Shown here one piece after another: positions 28,545-36,001 of a stretch of DNA of 55,080 bases. How positions within the stretch are numbered: the first letter of the stretch is position 1; every line of letters starts with the position of its first letter. The position numbers were made by a program, and so were the translations under genes. The stretch is from Candidatus Harrisonbacteria bacterium CG10_big_fil_rev_8_21_14_0_10_40_38 (GTDB taxonomy: Bacteria; Patescibacteriota; Minisyncoccia; UBA6257; 1-14-0-10-40-38), in the NCBI GenBank assembly GCA_002773535.1, contig PFAZ01000009.1:100739-155818 (forward strand). Direction: 5' to 3'. The notes under the pieces are model-generated. The model had not been told where the DNA came from, searched no databases, and was given only the letters and a program-made list of their open reading frames with translations.

Positions 28545-29193
28545 TCATATTAATAGGGTAGTTAAGTTAATGGTTATAACCGATTTCTTTGTGAATTCGG
28601 CCTTTGGTTCTTTTGCTCCAATCTTTGCTATTTTTATCGCAGATAGAATTGCTGTCGGAAACAGCGCGCCTGAAATAGCTGGATTTGCGACATCGGTGTA
28701 TTGGATAGTAAAATCTGCTGTTCAGCTGCCGATAGCCAGATTTTTAGACAGGATTGATGGTGATAGAGCAAAATTTTGGGCTGTGTTTATAGGTTATATC
28801 TGTTCAGGATTTGTGCCATTTTTTTATACTCTGATTTCTGCGCCATGGCATTTGTATGTTCTTCAAGGTTTTTTGGGTTTGTGTATGGCTTTTGCAGTTC
28901 CTGCTTGGTATGGCTTATTTACCAGACACGTTGATAAGTGGCGTATTAGTTTTGAGTGGAGTTTAGAGAGTGTTTTTTCTGTTGGGATAGCCACTGCTCT
29001 TGCGAGCGCTTTTGGCGGTTATGCAGCAAGAGTTTTTGGATTTGATGCGGTATTTATTGGTGCGAGTGTCTTGGCAATTTTATCTTCATTCCTTTTTGTT
29101 TTCTTATATAAAGATTTAACTGGAGAAAAAAAGCCGCCGCTTCAGAGAGTTTTTCCTGAAAGACGCCATAGAAGACTGCAGAGCCATAAATAG
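28537..29193 (+). CDS. Half-size MFS transporter
   Basis: 218 aa, about 6 TM, motif A-like ARFLDRIDG. Confidence 0.7.
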   Translation: MFSHINRVVKLMVITDFFVNSAFGSFAPIFAIFIADRIAVGNSAPEIAGFATSVYWIVKSAVQLPIARFLDRIDGDRAKFWAVFIGYICSGFVPFFYTLISAPWHLYVLQGFLGLCMAFAVPAWYGLFTRHVDKWRISFEWSLESVFSVGIATALASAFGGYAARVFGFDAVFIGASVLAILSSFLFVFLYKDLTGEKKPPLQRVFPERRHRRLQSHK

Positions 29194-29215
29194 CTTGTGA
29201 ATTGTTTTTGTTTTT

Positions 29216-30976
29216 ATGCCAACCAATGAGGATATTGCTAAAGTTCTGGGCGAGATTGGAGAATATCTTGCTATGCAGGATGTTCCATTTAAACCACGTG
29301 CATATGAAAAAGTAGCAGAAACAATCAGATCTCTTTCTGAATCTGTTTCGGAGATGTATAAGAAAGGCGGTTTATCTGCTGTTAAAAATATTCCCGGTGT
29401 TGGTGCGTCGATCGCAGAGAGTATTGAGGAATTTATTAAAAAAGGAAAAATCGCTTATCACGAAGAACTAAAACGAGGAGCGCCTGTAAATTTAGCGGAG
29501 TTGAGAAGGGTTGAGGGTTTAGGTCCGAGAAAGATTAAAATACTTTATCAGAAACTTGGAATCAGGACACTTTCTGATCTTAAGAAGGCCGCGACTAGTC
29601 ATAAGATAAGATCTCTCGAGGGATTTGGAGAGAAGACGGAAGAGAATATATTAAAAGGGATTGAATTTGTTAATGCATCAGGTGACCGAAAAATTCTTGG
29701 ATTTATTTTGCCGGATATTAGAGTTATTGAGGATAACTTAAAAAAAATAAAAGGAGTGAGCAAAGTTGTGGTTGCTGGGTCTACAAGAAGGAGGCGTGAG
29801 ACAATAGGAGATATTGATTTTCTAGTGGTTTCAGAAAAATCGGAACCGGTTATGGATTTTTTTGTGAATATGCCCGAGGTTGCAAGGATCATGGCGAAGG
29901 GACCTACAAAATCAATGGTTCACCTTAAGAGTGGTCTTGATGCGGATATAAGAGTTGTGCCAAAAGAGTCATATGGTGCGGCGCTTAATTATTTTACAGG
30001 CTCAAAGGATCATAACGTTGCGCTTCGGAAACTTGCAATAGAAAAGGGTTATAAATTGAATGAATATGGTCTTTTTAAGATTAAAGGAAAAGGTGGGGGC
30101 GAGGAAAAAATTGCCGGTGATACCGAAGAGGGAATTTATAAAGCGCTTGGTCTTCCATATATAGAACCCGAGCTTAGGGAAATGATGGGGGAAATAGAGG
30201 CGGCAAAATCGGGAAAGCTGCCGAAACTTATAGACTATAAAGATTTAAAAGGTGATCTTCAAGTACAGACTTCGTGGACTGACGGGTCTGCGTCTATAGA
30301 AGAGATGGCTATTGCAGCTTACGAACAGGGGCTTTCTTATATGGTTGTGACTGACCACACAAAGCGTCTCGCGATGACTCATGGGCTTGATGACGAGAGT
30401 GTTTTAAAACAAGGGAAGGAGATAGATAAGGTAAATCAGAAATTAAAAGAAAAAAAGATTAAATTTTATATTTTAAAGGGAACGGAGTGCGATATTTTAA
30501 AAGACGGCAGTTTGGATTTATCTGACAAGGTATTAGCTACGCTGGATGTTGTCGGGGTGTCGGTGCATTCGTATTTTAATCTTCCGATTAATGAGCAGAC
30601 AAAAAGAGTGGAAAAGGCAATAAGAAATAAAAATGTAGATATATTTTTTCACCCTACGGGAAGACTTATCAATAAGAGGAGCGCCTACGAAATAGATATG
30701 GAAAGAATTATCAAAGTTGCCGGGGAGACTGGAACAGTCCTTGAGATTGATGCGTATCCTGACAGGCTAGATATGAATTATGAATATATAAGACAATGTG
30801 TTGAATCTGGGGTGAAGATGTCTATTGATTCTGATGCTCATGCGACGACCCACTTTCAATATTTGGAATTTGGCATAGATCAGGCTAGGCGAGGTTGGGC
30901 TGAAAAGGAGGATATCATAAATGCTTGGCCGATGGAGAAAATGCTTTCGATGCTGAAAGGGGAGACTAACGACTAA
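29216..30976 (+). CDS. polX: DNA polymerase X with PHP domain
   Basis: KPRAYEKVA, GLGPRK, GSTRR, GDIDFL, FTGSKDHN, TDH, DSDAH. Confidence 0.93.
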   Translation: MPTNEDIAKVLGEIGEYLAMQDVPFKPRAYEKVAETIRSLSESVSEMYKKGGLSAVKNIPGVGASIAESIEEFIKKGKIAYHEELKRGAPVNLAELRRVEGLGPRKIKILYQKLGIRTLSDLKKAATSHKIRSLEGFGEKTEENILKGIEFVNASGDRKILGFILPDIRVIEDNLKKIKGVSKVVVAGSTRRRRETIGDIDFLVVSEKSEPVMDFFVNMPEVARIMAKGPTKSMVHLKSGLDADIRVVPKESYGAALNYFTGSKDHNVALRKLAIEKGYKLNEYGLFKIKGKGGGEEKIAGDTEEGIYKALGLPYIEPELREMMGEIEAAKSGKLPKLIDYKDLKGDLQVQTSWTDGSASIEEMAIAAYEQGLSYMVVTDHTKRLAMTHGLDDESVLKQGKEIDKVNQKLKEKKIKFYILKGTECDILKDGSLDLSDKVLATLDVVGVSVHSYFNLPINEQTKRVEKAIRNKNVDIFFHPTGRLINKRSAYEIDMERIIKVAGETGTVLEIDAYPDRLDMNYEYIRQCVESGVKMSIDSDAHATTHFQYLEFGIDQARRGWAEKEDIINAWPMEKMLSMLKGETND

Positions 30977-31055
30977 AGACTAACAACTGACGACTGAAAA
31001 CTTACAACTTACAACTAACGACTGAAAACTTACAACTTACAACTAACGACTGGCG
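30965..31055. repeat. Array of 13 ACTNNNN heptamers
   Basis: ACTAACG ACTAAAG ACTAACA ACTGACG (ACTGAAA ACTTACA ACTTACA ACTAACG)x2 ACTGGCG. Confidence 0.95.
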
Positions 31056-31104
31056 ACAATGGTGCTTTTGGGTGGGATGTGTTATGATAGGCGGCATCAG
31101 ACAT

Positions 31105-31650
31105 ATGCAGAAAATTCTTTCAGCAGGAATCATTGTTTTTCGTAGGACGAGAGAGGGGGTAAAATTTTTAATCCTTTATCACGGAAGAAACTACTGGAAT
31201 TTTCCAAAAGGTAAGATTGAAAGCGAGGAGAGGAGCTGGCAGACTGCCCTTAGGGAAGTAAGGGAGGAAACCGGGCTAAAATCTACAGAGCTTTCGTTTG
31301 TTGGCGGGTTTAAGACCCATGAGCGTTTTACCTATCGAAGAGGAAAAGACAGAGTTTTTAAGTTGGTAACTCTTTATCTCGCAGAAACCAATCAGCCCAG
31401 AATAGTCGTTTCCCATGAGCATGAGGGGTATGGCTGGTTTACGTTTGGTGAGGCAAAAAAAGTTTTATCAAAGTACCAAGATAGTTTAAATATTCTTACA
31501 AGAGCATATGACTTCCTTCGAAGCAAAGGTATACCAAGTCGTGAGCGAAATACCCAAGGGCCAAGTACTCACGTACAAAGAAGTAGCCATCCTCGCAGGC
31601 CGGTCCCGAGCGTACAGGGCAGTGGGGAACATAATGAACAAAAATCCTGA
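31105..31650 (+). CDS. NUDIX hydrolase (Ap4A hydrolase-like)
   Basis: SAGIIVF, WNFPKGKIE..ALREVREETGL Nudix box, SHEH. Likely ATG 31105. Confidence 0.9.
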   Translation: MQKILSAGIIVFRRTREGVKFLILYHGRNYWNFPKGKIESEERSWQTALREVREETGLKSTELSFVGGFKTHERFTYRRGKDRVFKLVTLYLAETNQPRIVVSHEHEGYGWFTFGEAKKVLSKYQDSLNILTRAYDFLRSKGIPSRERNTQGPSTHVQRSSHPRRPVPSVQGSGEHNEQKS

Positions 31651-31795
31651 TACTAAAATCGTGCCGTGTCATAGGGTTGTGAGATCTGACGGCAGGGCGG
31701 GCGGTTATGCTTCAGGAACTCCTGAAAAAATAGAGCGACTGAAAAAAGAAGGAGTTTTGTTTGATGGTGAAATGATTATAAAAAACCCGCGCTAG
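31508..31795 (+). CDS. ogt: O6-alkylguanine DNA alkyltransferase, C-terminal domain only
   Basis: IPKGQVLTY, RAVG, VPCHRVV, LKKEG. Confidence 0.88.
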   Translation: MTSFEAKVYQVVSEIPKGQVLTYKEVAILAGRSRAYRAVGNIMNKNPDTKIVPCHRVVRSDGRAGGYASGTPEKIERLKKEGVLFDGEMIIKNPR

Positions 31796-31807
31796 GCGCG
31801 GGTTTTT
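31781..31807. terminator. Bidirectional intrinsic terminator
   Basis: AAAAACCCGCGC-TAG-GCGCGGGTTTTT between convergent genes. Confidence 0.85.
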
Positions 31808-31826
31808 TATTTGTCAGTGAAAAAAG

Positions 31827-32171
31827 TTATTTAACACTTACTGTTATTTTTTTAAATACTTCCGGTTCGTGTTCTGCAATATCCGCCAGTATTTTTCTAT
31901 CCAGTTTAATATTTGCTTTTTTGAGTTCAGAGATAAGAGTGGAGTAATTTGTGCCTTCTAATTTTGCGGCGGCGCCAATCTTAACTTGCCAGAGTTTTCT
32001 TGCATCGCGCTTCTTTTCCTTTCTTCCTCGAAAAGCATTTGTCCAAGCGTGGAGTAGGGCTTCTTTGGCAGCTCTTTCTTTTGATTTTCTTCCCCACTTA
32101 AATCCTTTTGTGTATTTAAGGATTTTTTCTCGTTTCTTGTGGGCTATTGTTCCTCGTTTTACTCGTGTCAT
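31827..32171 (-). CDS. rplT: 50S ribosomal protein L20
   Basis: MTRVKRG, LDRKILADIA. Confidence 0.98.
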   Translation of the reverse strand: MTRVKRGTIAHKKREKILKYTKGFKWGRKSKERAAKEALLHAWTNAFRGRKEKKRDARKLWQVKIGAAAKLEGTNYSTLISELKKANIKLDRKILADIAEHEPEVFKKITVSVK

Positions 32172-32181
32172 GTTTTTGTAT

Positions 32182-32376
32182 TTAAATCTCTTTCTTCATG
32201 CTTTCGAAATCACTTTTGTGGAGAGCTCGATCCGCTTTTTTTCTAAGTTTTTGACCGCTACTCTTTTTTGCCTTGAAATGGGCTATGCCCATTGGTCGGC
32301 GGATAACTTTTCCATTTCTGGTTATCCTAATTCTACTTTTTAGGCTCTTTTTCATAGTTGATGCTGTACCTGCCAT
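32182..32376 (-). CDS. rpmI: 50S ribosomal protein L35
   Basis: RIRITRNGKV, HFKAKKS; lies between infC and rplT. Confidence 0.9.
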   Translation of the reverse strand: MAGTASTMKKSLKSRIRITRNGKVIRRPMGIAHFKAKKSSGQKLRKKADRALHKSDFESMKKEI

Positions 32377-32442
32377 GTTGTTTTTTACGAAATAAATACC
32401 ACTACTACACCGTGTAGCGGCTTAACCCGCGTGAAATGTATT

Positions 32443-32988
32443 TTACCGTTTTGTTATCTGAATCGTCAAGCCCCTGCCGCCGAAGCGTGGTTCGCCAAGG
32501 ATATTGTGCTCAATGGTTATCATTTTGAGAAATTCTGACAGTTTTTGTTTTGCCCAGTCTTTATTGGCTTTTTCACGGCCTCTTAAAACCATCATTATGG
32601 TTACAGGGCGACCTTCTTCGAGGAATTCGTTGGCTTTTTTAGCCTTGAGTTCTAGGTCGTTTTTAGCGGATCTTATACTCACTTGTACCTGTTTGGCTTC
32701 AACGGTTTTCTGTTTAATTGCGTTTTGTTTTTGCCTTTTTTCTTCTTCGTAGCGGAATTTGTCAAAGCTGGTTATTTTTGCAACAGGTGGCTTTGCGGAG
32801 GCGGATATCTCAATTAAATCTAACCCTCGTTCTTTTGCGAGGGCTATTGCTTTGTCGCGATCCATTATGCCTAGATTCTCTCCTTTTTCGCTTAAAACTC
32901 TTACTTCGGGAGAATCTATGCGTTCGTTTATACGAGGCTGGATTCGCGGCTGGTAAAATCTTTTTTGTTTTTGATATCTTCTAGCCAA
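32443..32988 (-). CDS. infC: Translation initiation factor IF-3
   Basis: RINERI, GLDLIEI, PPVAKI, KFRYE, RGRE; TTG start. Confidence 0.96.
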   Translation of the reverse strand: MARRYQKQKRFYQPRIQPRINERIDSPEVRVLSEKGENLGIMDRDKAIALAKERGLDLIEISASAKPPVAKITSFDKFRYEEEKRQKQNAIKQKTVEAKQVQVSIRSAKNDLELKAKKANEFLEEGRPVTIMMVLRGREKANKDWAKQKLSEFLKMITIEHNILGEPRFGGRGLTIQITKR

Positions 32989-33015
32989 GGTTATGGGGAG
33001 TATAGCTTAGGAGGC

Positions 33016-33050
33016 GTAAAATGTAAAATGCGACATGAAATATGAAAATA
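33016..33050. repeat. Five degenerate heptamers upstream of infC
   Basis: GTAAAAT GTAAAAT GCGACAT GAAATAT GAAAATA. Confidence 0.55.
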
Positions 33051-33056
33051 AGGGTT

Positions 33057-34052
33057 TTATGCTTTTGGTTCGAGAGTTGTTGTATTTATAACTTTGTCTA
33101 TTTTTAAAATTCTGCCGAGAGATTCTATGTCTCCAACTTTTACAAATGTTGGGAGGCCAATGAGACACGAGCCGCGAAGGCGTACGGCTGCGCCACCAGA
33201 GTTTCCTTTTTCGATTTTTGCCGAAGTGACGTAATAGTCGTCTTCAATACTTGAGGTGATGCCTTCTGTTACCGTAACGTCGTTTGAGGAACCCGTGACC
33301 GGGTAGCCTAAGATGAGAATTTTATCTCCGACTTTTGAGGAGTTGGCAGGGCAGATGGACATTGTATTTGGGAGAGATGTGAATGGGTTTGATACTTGTT
33401 TTGTGGTGAGATAGGCAAAGTCATATGTTTTGTTTGATTTTGCGGTTATGACTTCGATGGGACTAGAGGATAGATTTGGTAGGTGAGCGGTACAGCTTGT
33501 GGCTGAATATTCTTGGTCTTCGATAACGTGACGGTTTGTAAAAATGCGTATAGCGTTTCCGGGGATAAGGTAACCGGAACCGGAACCTGTGCGAGTGATT
33601 TTTGATCCGGTGGCGTCATTTTCTAGAGAGCAGGAAACTTTGAACACGTATTTTTCCCACTCGGAGACGACTTGGGCGATATCTGGGTCGAGCGAGTTTT
33701 TTGTATCGGTGAGATTTTTTTCGAGGGATGAGATTTTTGACTGTTGGGTTTGAAACTCTTTATCTTTATCAGATAACTTAGTTTCTATTCCTGCGAGTCC
33801 TTCGTTTATTTTTGTTTGAGTTTCTTCACCTTCGATTTTCACTATGCCAAGTTCGCTTTCGAGAAGCTTCATGCTTTCACTTTGTTTAATAATCAATTCA
33901 TCACGAGTTTTTTCTCTGTCTAAAAGAGCGAGTGTTGTTTTGCGCTCGATTTTATTTGCGTGAATGATTGCAGAACCGCCGATAAGGAGGGAGAGAAGGG
34001 TGCCAAAAGTAAGAGTAGATGTGATTATGTGAATGAGGCGTGATTTTTTCAT
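33057..34052 (-). CDS. Membrane-anchored trypsin-like serine protease with coiled-coil stalk, no PDZ
   Basis: TNRHVI, YDFA, GNSGG triad. Likely start MKKSR at 34052. Confidence 0.88.
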   Translation of the reverse strand: MKKSRLIHIITSTLTFGTLLSLLIGGSAIIHANKIERKTTLALLDREKTRDELIIKQSESMKLLESELGIVKIEGEETQTKINEGLAGIETKLSDKDKEFQTQQSKISSLEKNLTDTKNSLDPDIAQVVSEWEKYVFKVSCSLENDATGSKITRTGSGSGYLIPGNAIRIFTNRHVIEDQEYSATSCTAHLPNLSSSPIEVITAKSNKTYDFAYLTTKQVSNPFTSLPNTMSICPANSSKVGDKILILGYPVTGSSNDVTVTEGITSSIEDDYYVTSAKIEKGNSGGAAVRLRGSCLIGLPTFVKVGDIESLGRILKIDKVINTTTLEPKA

Positions 34053-34104
34053 GAGTGTTTTAATTATAGACGAGTGAGGGGTTAATTTGTACAAATTTGT
34101 TTTA

Positions 34105-34141
34105 CATAGCAAATTTTGATGATCGTCAGGATTTGTTAGGT
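34105..34141. repeat. 37-bp direct repeat, copy 1
   Basis: CATAGCAAATTTTGATGATCGTCAGGATTTGTTAGGT, identical to 34628-34664. Confidence 0.97.
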
Positions 34142-34230
34142 TGGGTTTTAGATAAGTGAATATCCTTCGACTTCTTGTAGTCGCTTTTGGTATTTTTACT
34201 ATTTTATTTATTGTTTTTATTGTGGGTAAA

Positions 34231-34262
34231 AATAAAAAAAGCGCACGGGATTGTCCGTGCGC
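34231..34262 (-). terminator. Intrinsic terminator of the 76-aa gene
   Basis: GCGCACGG/CCGTGCGC stem followed by a T-tract on the minus strand. Confidence 0.8.
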
Positions 34263-34285
34263 GTGGGGTAGTGGGGTTTAGAAAT

Positions 34286-34516
34286 CTATGCTTCCATTAT
34301 TTTTCTGGCTTTATGTACCGTGGTTTGTGATATGTCTTTTTGTTCAAACATTTCCCCATGGAGAACCCAGAGAAGTACTTCATCGTGGTCGGCGTTGCGA
34401 CTCTTGTCTTTTGACATACCGGTTTCTATGTCGATGCCACGACTTTCGAGAAAGAGCGCGATTTCTCTATAGAGGTTTTTATATTCTTCTTCTTCGCTAA
34501 TCAGCCAACTTTCCAT
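34286..34516 (-). CDS. Orphan 76-aa acidic protein
   Basis: AAGGAG SD (34528-34533), own promoter and terminator. Confidence 0.75.
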   Translation of the reverse strand: MESWLISEEEEYKNLYREIALFLESRGIDIETGMSKDKSRNADHDEVLLWVLHGEMFEQKDISQTTVHKARKIMEA

Positions 34517-34562
34517 GATTTCTATTTCTCCTTTTTCTGTTGTGGGGTGAAGATGTTTTGTG

Positions 34563-34591
34563 ATGGTATAATTATTTTTTATTTATGTCAA
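34563..34591 (-). promoter_or_regulatory. Sigma70 promoter of the 76-aa gene
   Basis: TTGACA-N17-TACCAT. Confidence 0.75.
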
Positions 34592-34627
34592 ATGGGTGAG
34601 GTGGTTTGTGGGGGGTGTTAGTTTTCG

Positions 34628-34664
34628 CATAGCAAATTTTGATGATCGTCAGGATTTGTTAGGT
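34628..34664. repeat. 37-bp direct repeat, copy 2
   Basis: Identical to 34105-34141. Confidence 0.97.
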
Positions 34665-34764
34665 GAGGGTGGTCCTTCGGCGCAGCTTAGGGCCTCGCTT
34701 AGCTCGGGTTCGCATGCGGATATTTTAGCAGAAAACGCGGGGTGATTTGTGGGGTTATTTGTCA

Positions 34765-35040
34765 TCAAAATATGAGGTGCCTTTTTTTTATTAAAGCTAA
34801 AAATTGTTTTAACAATGCTAGGCCAGCACCAATCGAGGCAAAAATACCGATGAAAAGAGAAATTACTACCCATTTTCCAATTTCAAAATTCACCACTTGT
34901 TTAATAAGAATATGCCAGGAGACAATCCCGTTTGGTGCTACAAGGGTTTTCGGAGGAAGCTCAATTTTCTGCTCACCTTCTTTTAAAAGATAGGTGCATC
35001 CATCAAATTTATTCACTAAATCAATTGTTTCTCCAATTTT
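34765..35040 (-). CDS. Hypothetical protein with C-terminal TM helix; start uncertain, possibly a remnant
   Basis: Part of ORF 34765-35127 outside ssrA; WVVISLFIGIFASIGAGLALL. Confidence 0.45.
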   Translation of the reverse strand, partial: KIGETIDLVNKFDGCTYLLKEGEQKIELPPKTLVAPNGIVSWHILIKQVVNFEIGKWVVISLFIGIFASIGAGLALLKQFLALIKKRHLIF

Positions 35041-35060
35041 TAAATTTAAGTGTGTATGTA

Positions 35061-35080
35061 GCTCCGATGGTGATCGGAGC
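35061..35080 (-). terminator. Hairpin 3' of tmRNA
   Basis: GCTCCGAT-GGTG-ATCGGAGC; no clear U-tract. Confidence 0.5.
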
Positions 35081-35096
35081 ACTGAAATTTCTAGTG

Positions 35097-35444
35097 TGGA
35101 GATGGTGGGAGTTGCGCCCACGTACAAGAAGATTTTCCGGAAACGTCTACAAGCTTAGTTTTGCCTTGCGGCCAAACGAAGTGCATTCATTGGTTTTCGA
35201 CTATTCGTCGGCGGATGCGAACCCGAATAGCTTAGCTTCATTTATAACACCAGCGACCTTCTATGAAGCCTCAAAGACTGATGCCCTCCGAGGAGGGTGA
35301 ACTCTAGACTTTACGCAAAAGCGAAAGCTGGAGTCCTGCTAACATTTGTGTTGGCAGTTAAATTTTTTGAACCGGATTTACGAGACAGTTCACCTCGGCT
35401 TGCAATTTCACGGTTGATGCTCCTAGTCGAATCTCGGCATCCCC
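35097..35444 (-). ncRNA. ssrA: tmRNA (one-piece)
   Basis: 5' GGGGATG pairs with 3' CATCTCC-A (G3.U70); tag frame ANTNVSRTPAFAFA* at 35355-35311 after TAACT; immediately downstream of smpB. Confidence 0.95.
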
Positions 35445-35455
35445 ATGTATTTAAC

Positions 35456-35487
35456 CACTAGTAACTAGTCATTAGTTATTAGCACTA
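35456..35487. repeat. Heptamer repeat between smpB and ssrA
   Basis: CACTAGT AACTAGT CATTAGT TATTAGC. Confidence 0.6.
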
Positions 35488-35943
35488 GCGGCGACGAGTT
35501 GATTTTAATGTTCGGTCTATGTGGCGATCTGTGTCGCGCTTTTTTATTGTTTCGCGTTTGTCAGCTTTCTTTTTTGACTTTGCGAGCGCGATTTCGAGTT
35601 TTACAAGACCGCGCTTATTATACATCTTCGTTGGCACTATTGTCAATCTTTCTCCTGCCACTTTTTCAACTAAATATGCTATTTCTTTTGATTTCATGAG
35701 AAGGCGGCGGGTGCGTTTTTGGTCATAGTCTTTTGGGGTGTTATCTGCCTGATAGGGAGGGATGTCGGTGCCCGTGAGGAAGAGTTCTCCGTTTTCGGGG
35801 CGAACAAAAGAGCCTGCGAGGCCTGCGCGTCCTTTTTTTGCCGCTTTTACTTCGAAGCCTTTTAGTTCAATACCTGCTTCAAAAGTCTCTATAATATCGT
35901 AGTCAAAGCGAGCGCGTCTGTTTTCTGATAGAATTTCCATCAT
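35485..35943 (-). CDS. smpB: SsrA-binding protein
   Basis: NRRARFDY, AGIELKGFEVK, RTRRLL, KKADKRETIKKRD. Confidence 0.98.
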   Translation of the reverse strand: MMEILSENRRARFDYDIIETFEAGIELKGFEVKAAKKGRAGLAGSFVRPENGELFLTGTDIPPYQADNTPKDYDQKRTRRLLMKSKEIAYLVEKVAGERLTIVPTKMYNKRGLVKLEIALAKSKKKADKRETIKKRDTDRHIDRTLKSTRRR

Positions 35944-36001
35944 TATTATTATAGCGGTGTGGCTTCTCTAAATGCCAATACGCCGTTATACTCCATATAA
36001 A

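Noticed and set aside
30965-31055. CRISPR or coding repeat
   Set aside because: Tandem 7-mers without spacers; mostly intergenic.
32377-32442. L20 leader RNA between infC and rpmI
   Set aside because: Two small hairpins exist but I cannot match them to the known leader; needs an Rfam search.
34105-34664. CRISPR array (37-bp palindromic repeat, Cas4-like gene nearby)
   Set aside because: Only two copies, 486 bp apart with a gene between; no cas1/cas2 or effector genes.
34649-34873. 74-aa ORF running into repeat copy 2
   Set aside because: Overlaps a better ORF and the REP-like tract; no coding features.
33000-35100. Classical ssrA-integrated island with duplicated tmRNA 3' end
   Set aside because: No convincing second copy of the ssrA 3' end and no integrase.
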